UHGV virus genome: UHGV-1662908
Strand: one strand, 5' to 3'
Length of the DNA stretch: 18,670 nt
Source: a virus
Numbering within the stretch: the first letter of the stretch is position 1; the number at the start of each line of letters is the position of its first letter. The position numbers and the translations under genes are program-made. The notes beneath the pieces are model-generated. The model ran no database searches, had not been told where the DNA came from, and was given only the letters and a program-made list of their open reading frames with translations. Of this stretch, positions 16,179-18,670 are shown in pieces.

Positions 16179-16447
16179 ACCCTGCTCTCCCACTGGTCAA
16201 TTAAATGTCGTGTCTTATGTTCGCAGTGCATAGCCCAGCTATACATCGACTCGAAGACATAAAAGTCAGGCTTGACGAACGTCGTGCGCTTAATCTGAGA
16301 CACGTGACGGCCTATATCTTTAGGCCATGGTACTTTGCCTAAGTACGCCATCTCTTCCATCTGGTGAGCACCGGACGGCGCACGTAACAGCCATAGCGCC
16401 TCTGTGGTATCCCGCCTGTCTACGGCGCGGTAGAGTTGGTAAATCAT
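16175..16447 (-). CDS. hypothetical protein (90 aa)
   Basis: ORF track 16175..16447; GAGGG RBS ~8 nt upstream of the ATG; stop overlaps the HNH-AP2 start. Confidence 0.5.
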   Translation of the reverse strand: MIYQLYRAVDRRDTTEALWLLRAPSGAHQMEEMAYLGKVPWPKDIGRHVSQIKRTTFVKPDFYVFESMYSWAMHCEHKTRHLIDQWESRV

Positions 16448-16465
16448 ATTTCCGACCCTCAGTTA

Positions 16466-16485
16466 AAGCGGCCCGAAGGCCGCGA
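16466..16485 (-). terminator. stable GC stem-loop (UUCG tetraloop on the minus-strand RNA) between two operon genes; weak terminator or RNA stability/processing element
   Basis: GCGGCC CGAA GGCCGC on the + strand, i.e. GCGGCC UUCG GGCCGC in the minus-strand transcript; no strong U-tract follows, so probably not an efficient terminator. Coordinates approximate. Confidence 0.4.
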
Positions 16486-16490
16486 GATAG

Positions 16491-16982
16491 TTATTCTTCT
16501 TCGAAATACTTGTTCTTGATTGCCGTCAGACGTTCCAGGTACTCGGCAAGGTCTTCGTCTTTAATCGCGGCAATCTTCATCTTCTTACCGGTGAACTCTT
16601 CCAGCAGTTCATCAGAGTCATCGCACGCGGCGTCGCTAGGGCCTTCGTTAATCGCATCATCGATAGCCTGAATCTGGTCGCGCAGAGACTGGTAATCGAC
16701 TTCTTCTTCCGGCTCTGGCGTCGGCTCCTCTGCTTTAGCTTTACGCGGCTTGCGTTTTGGCTTCTCTTCTTCTGCTGGTTTAGTGTCAACGATGTCTTCG
16801 CCTTCCACCGGGATTTCTTTTGTTTCTTCTTTAATACTTTCAGAGAACTGCTCAATTTTATGTGCGGCTACTGCGGCAGCCTCTTTGGCAGTAGTTGGCG
16901 CGAACTGTTTCGCACTATTCGCAGCAATCAGTTCATGTGCAACCACGAAACGTTCCAGTAATACTAAGAATTTCTCTAACAT
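16491..16982 (-). CDS. acidic hypothetical protein (163 aa), first gene downstream of promoter C
   Basis: ORF track 16491..16982; strong GAGGAG RBS; highly acidic, Lys/Glu/Pro-rich central region and D/E-rich C-terminal half. Confidence 0.55.
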   Translation of the reverse strand: MLEKFLVLLERFVVAHELIAANSAKQFAPTTAKEAAAVAAHKIEQFSESIKEETKEIPVEGEDIVDTKPAEEEKPKRKPRKAKAEEPTPEPEEEVDYQSLRDQIQAIDDAINEGPSDAACDDSDELLEEFTGKKMKIAAIKDEDLAEYLERLTAIKNKYFEEE

Positions 16983-17012
16983 TTGTTTCTCTCCTCTCGT
17001 TTGGTATGTGCT

Positions 17013-17043
17013 AACTATAATAGCGAACTATTCACGTGTCAAC
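17013..17043 (-). promoter_or_regulatory. sigma70-like promoter C (minus strand): TTGACA - 17 bp - TATAGT, within the divergent region shared with the HTH regulator gene
   Basis: Minus-strand reading gttgacacgtgaatagttcgctattatagtta; about 30-60 nt upstream of the acidic protein gene. A partial extra copy of the spacer motif (actattcacatatcaac) lies ~35 bp to the right. Coordinates approximate. Confidence 0.55.
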
Positions 17044-17106
17044 GGGCTTTTCTAAAATAATTAATATGGTACTATTCACATATCAACTAACTAAGGAGTA
17101 ATTGAC

Positions 17107-17322
17107 ATGCAACCATCTGAACTAGGCATCCGTGTAGAACAACGCCGTAAAGAACTTGGCATCTCCCAGCGCCGTCTGGCTGTCATGGCTGGCGTTTCCC
17201 AGGGCGCAATTAACCAGCTTGCGCTTGGGGTAACTCAGGACGTACGCCCGGCGACGCTGTTTAAACTGGCAGAAGTGCTGCAAGTAGACGCCAAGTGGCT
17301 GGCGTTCGGTGAAGGGGTTTAA
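17107..17322 (+). CDS. XRE-family helix-turn-helix transcriptional regulator (Cro/CI-like, 71 aa)
   Basis: ORF track 17107..17322; AAGGAG RBS ~9 nt upstream; HTH signature QRRKELGISQRRLAVMAGVSQGAINQLALG; the only + strand gene within the minus-strand replication module. Confidence 0.75.
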   Translation: MQPSELGIRVEQRRKELGISQRRLAVMAGVSQGAINQLALGVTQDVRPATLFKLAEVLQVDAKWLAFGEGV

Positions 17323-17338
17323 CGCCCCTTTCTTTTTA
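17311..17338 (+). terminator. rho-independent terminator after the HTH gene
   Basis: Hairpin AAGGGG ... CCCCTT overlapping the stop codon, followed by TCTTTTT; lies between the convergent HTH gene and the minus-strand 104-aa gene. Coordinates approximate. Confidence 0.55.
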
Positions 17339-17650
17339 TTGCAACTTATCGAGTTCTTCCAAATTCTTAACCGTGTGTTGCACGTTCAGGTACTGAATCC
17401 AGGCCAGAAACCACACACTTACAGGAAAACTTATTACAATAGTTATCGCGATAATCAACTTGAAAAGGCACTTTATAATCTCCGCCAGCGTCATATCTAA
17501 AATGTCTTTAAACTCCGCAAAAATCCCCGCCGTGTAAACACAAAAAGTCCACCAGTGGCCGCTTACCGCGGAAACACATGTCAGGTATGACGGGCGGTAT
17601 CCTGCCTTCACTGCTTTAAATGGGTTATCTATAAAATCGTAGATATTCAT
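17336..17650 (-). CDS. hypothetical membrane protein (104 aa)
   Basis: ORF track 17336..17650; hydrophobic C-terminal segment (LFKLIIAITIVISFPVSVWFLAWI); start overlaps the stop of the upstream ATPase gene. Confidence 0.5.
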   Translation of the reverse strand: MNIYDFIDNPFKAVKAGYRPSYLTCVSAVSGHWWTFCVYTAGIFAEFKDILDMTLAEIIKCLFKLIIAITIVISFPVSVWFLAWIQYLNVQHTVKNLEELDKLQ

Positions 17651-18670
17651 TCCAAATCCTCCTCTGTCACTGTTAACATTTCATTCGGTTCGTATATTGT
17701 CTTCGGAATCTTGTTATCCGTTATCCGGGTGTTCAGCCGGTAACGACCCGGGATTATCTGATTGTTTTCGTCAGTCCCGGGTACGAGATACCCGGCCTCA
17801 ACCATTTTCTTAATCTTCCCGCGTTCTATGGCTTCTTTGGAGTTGAACGCCTTTGCGTTAGGGTCAGACTGTGCTAGCTTATTCGCTGCGGCTACCGTGA
17901 TACCTTCGTTGCCTTTGTAAGTTCCTTCCGCCAGTTCAAACGCTGCGAGTATCGTAGCCTCTGAACTGTTGACAGCGTTCTCTACAGTTTTGCGTACGTT
18001 TTCTTTACCTTCCTTTGTCAGCCCTTCTTCCCGCTCTTTCTCCTCGTCGGTCTTGAACGGCTCGAAGCCCCACGGCATCAGCACAAGCGCCTTGTGTGGC
18101 TCCGGCAGGTCGAGGTTTACGATTGTGCCGTATTCCTCGGTGCCGCCAGGGAACTCAACCGCGCGGTACTCTTTCGGCGGCGGCGCTTCACGGAACTGTA
18201 CAGACTCCAGCACCATACCAACCGTCTTCTGTTGCGGTCCGTGTTTGAATTTAGAGTGGTATACGTTTATCTGGCGGTCTGTTGCACGCTCAATTGTCAG
18301 TTCTACGTCTACACCTGCATACAGCGCCCCGCTGCCACGGGCCTTCTTTCCACCTTTCGGCGTATGGTGGACGACGCCTACCGCGGCTTTAGTCGCATCA
18401 CGTACTTCTTTCAGGATGGCAATAACTTTACCCATGCCGATTGCCGTTGATGAACTGTTCTCATCGAACTTATCAATCGTCAGAGCCAGGGTCTGGTTAA
18501 GGGTGTCGAACGCGACCATCCCAATTGGCTCGTCGCCAGCGGTTTCACGCATCAACTTAATCAGGTTTTTTGAGGACTCAGAGGACGAGTTACCGGAACC
18601 GGTAAAGGCTGATTTCGTCGTTGAGGGGTACATGCCGTCGGATTGTATCTGGGATATTGTCGGGGAATCC
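17647..18670 (-). CDS. RecA-like ATPase resembling the helicase domain of phage/plasmid primase-helicases (AAA_25/RepA-like); 5'-truncated by the window edge
   Basis: Track ORF 17647..18633, but the frame stays open to the window end, so the true start is outside. GVVHHTPKGG resembles the His-rich motif of DnaB/RepA-like ATPases; the Walker A region is presumably upstream. Confidence 0.5.
   Translation of the reverse strand, partial: DSPTISQIQSDGMYPSTTKSAFTGSGNSSSESSKNLIKLMRETAGDEPIGMVAFDTLNQTLALTIDKFDENSSSTAIGMGKVIAILKEVRDATKAAVGVVHHTPKGGKKARGSGALYAGVDVELTIERATDRQINVYHSKFKHGPQQKTVGMVLESVQFREAPPPKEYRAVEFPGGTEEYGTIVNLDLPEPHKALVLMPWGFEPFKTDEEKEREEGLTKEGKENVRKTVENAVNSSEATILAAFELAEGTYKGNEGITVAAANKLAQSDPNAKAFNSKEAIERGKIKKMVEAGYLVPGTDENNQIIPGRYRLNTRITDNKIPKTIYEPNEMLTVTEEDLE

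Noticed and set aside
16327-17055. Plus-strand ORFs (114 and 101 aa) and nested minus-strand 92-aa ORF overlapping the acidic protein gene
   Set aside because: Ser/Ala-rich low-complexity translations produced by the GA-rich coding strand of the acidic protein gene; no independent start signals.
1-18670. CRISPR array, tRNA/rRNA genes, integrase or attachment sites
   Set aside because: No array of regularly spaced direct repeats, no cloverleaf-like tRNA candidates and no integrase-like ORF were recognised. I read the sequence by eye and ran no tRNA search, so short RNA genes could have been missed.

Overview
This window looks like a tailed-phage genome segment with two modules. Left half (+ strand, ~1-7213): a tail-tip gene cluster ending in a bidirectional terminator. 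It holds the C-terminal end of an upstream structural protein, three small translationally coupled tail proteins (one NlpC/P60-like), an 851-aa tail-tip protein and a 957-aa tail fiber/tailspike with internal repeats and a C-terminal SGNH esterase domain. Right half (- strand, ~7240-18670): a DNA replication/metabolism module driven by three near-identical sigma70-like promoters. It encodes a primase/helicase-like ATPase (partial), a free-standing HNH-AP2 endonuclease, a Cas4/DUF2800-like nuclease, a DUF2815-like ssDNA-binding protein, a family A DNA polymerase, three tiny coupled ORFs, a VRR-NUC nuclease, a C5-methyltransferase-like protein and an SNF2-like helicase. A single + strand XRE-type HTH regulator gene sits inside this module. 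The most unusual feature is an intein in motif B of the DNA polymerase: its splicing blocks are in the polymerase frame, but its HNH endonuclease module is encoded in a different frame of the same strand, and both frames are open. All calls come from reading the sequence and the ORF track; no database search was run. My base-by-base reading of the raw sequence disagreed with the ORF track by 1 nt in places, so CDS coordinates follow the track and coordinates of small motifs (promoters, hairpins, repeats) are approximate to a few nt.
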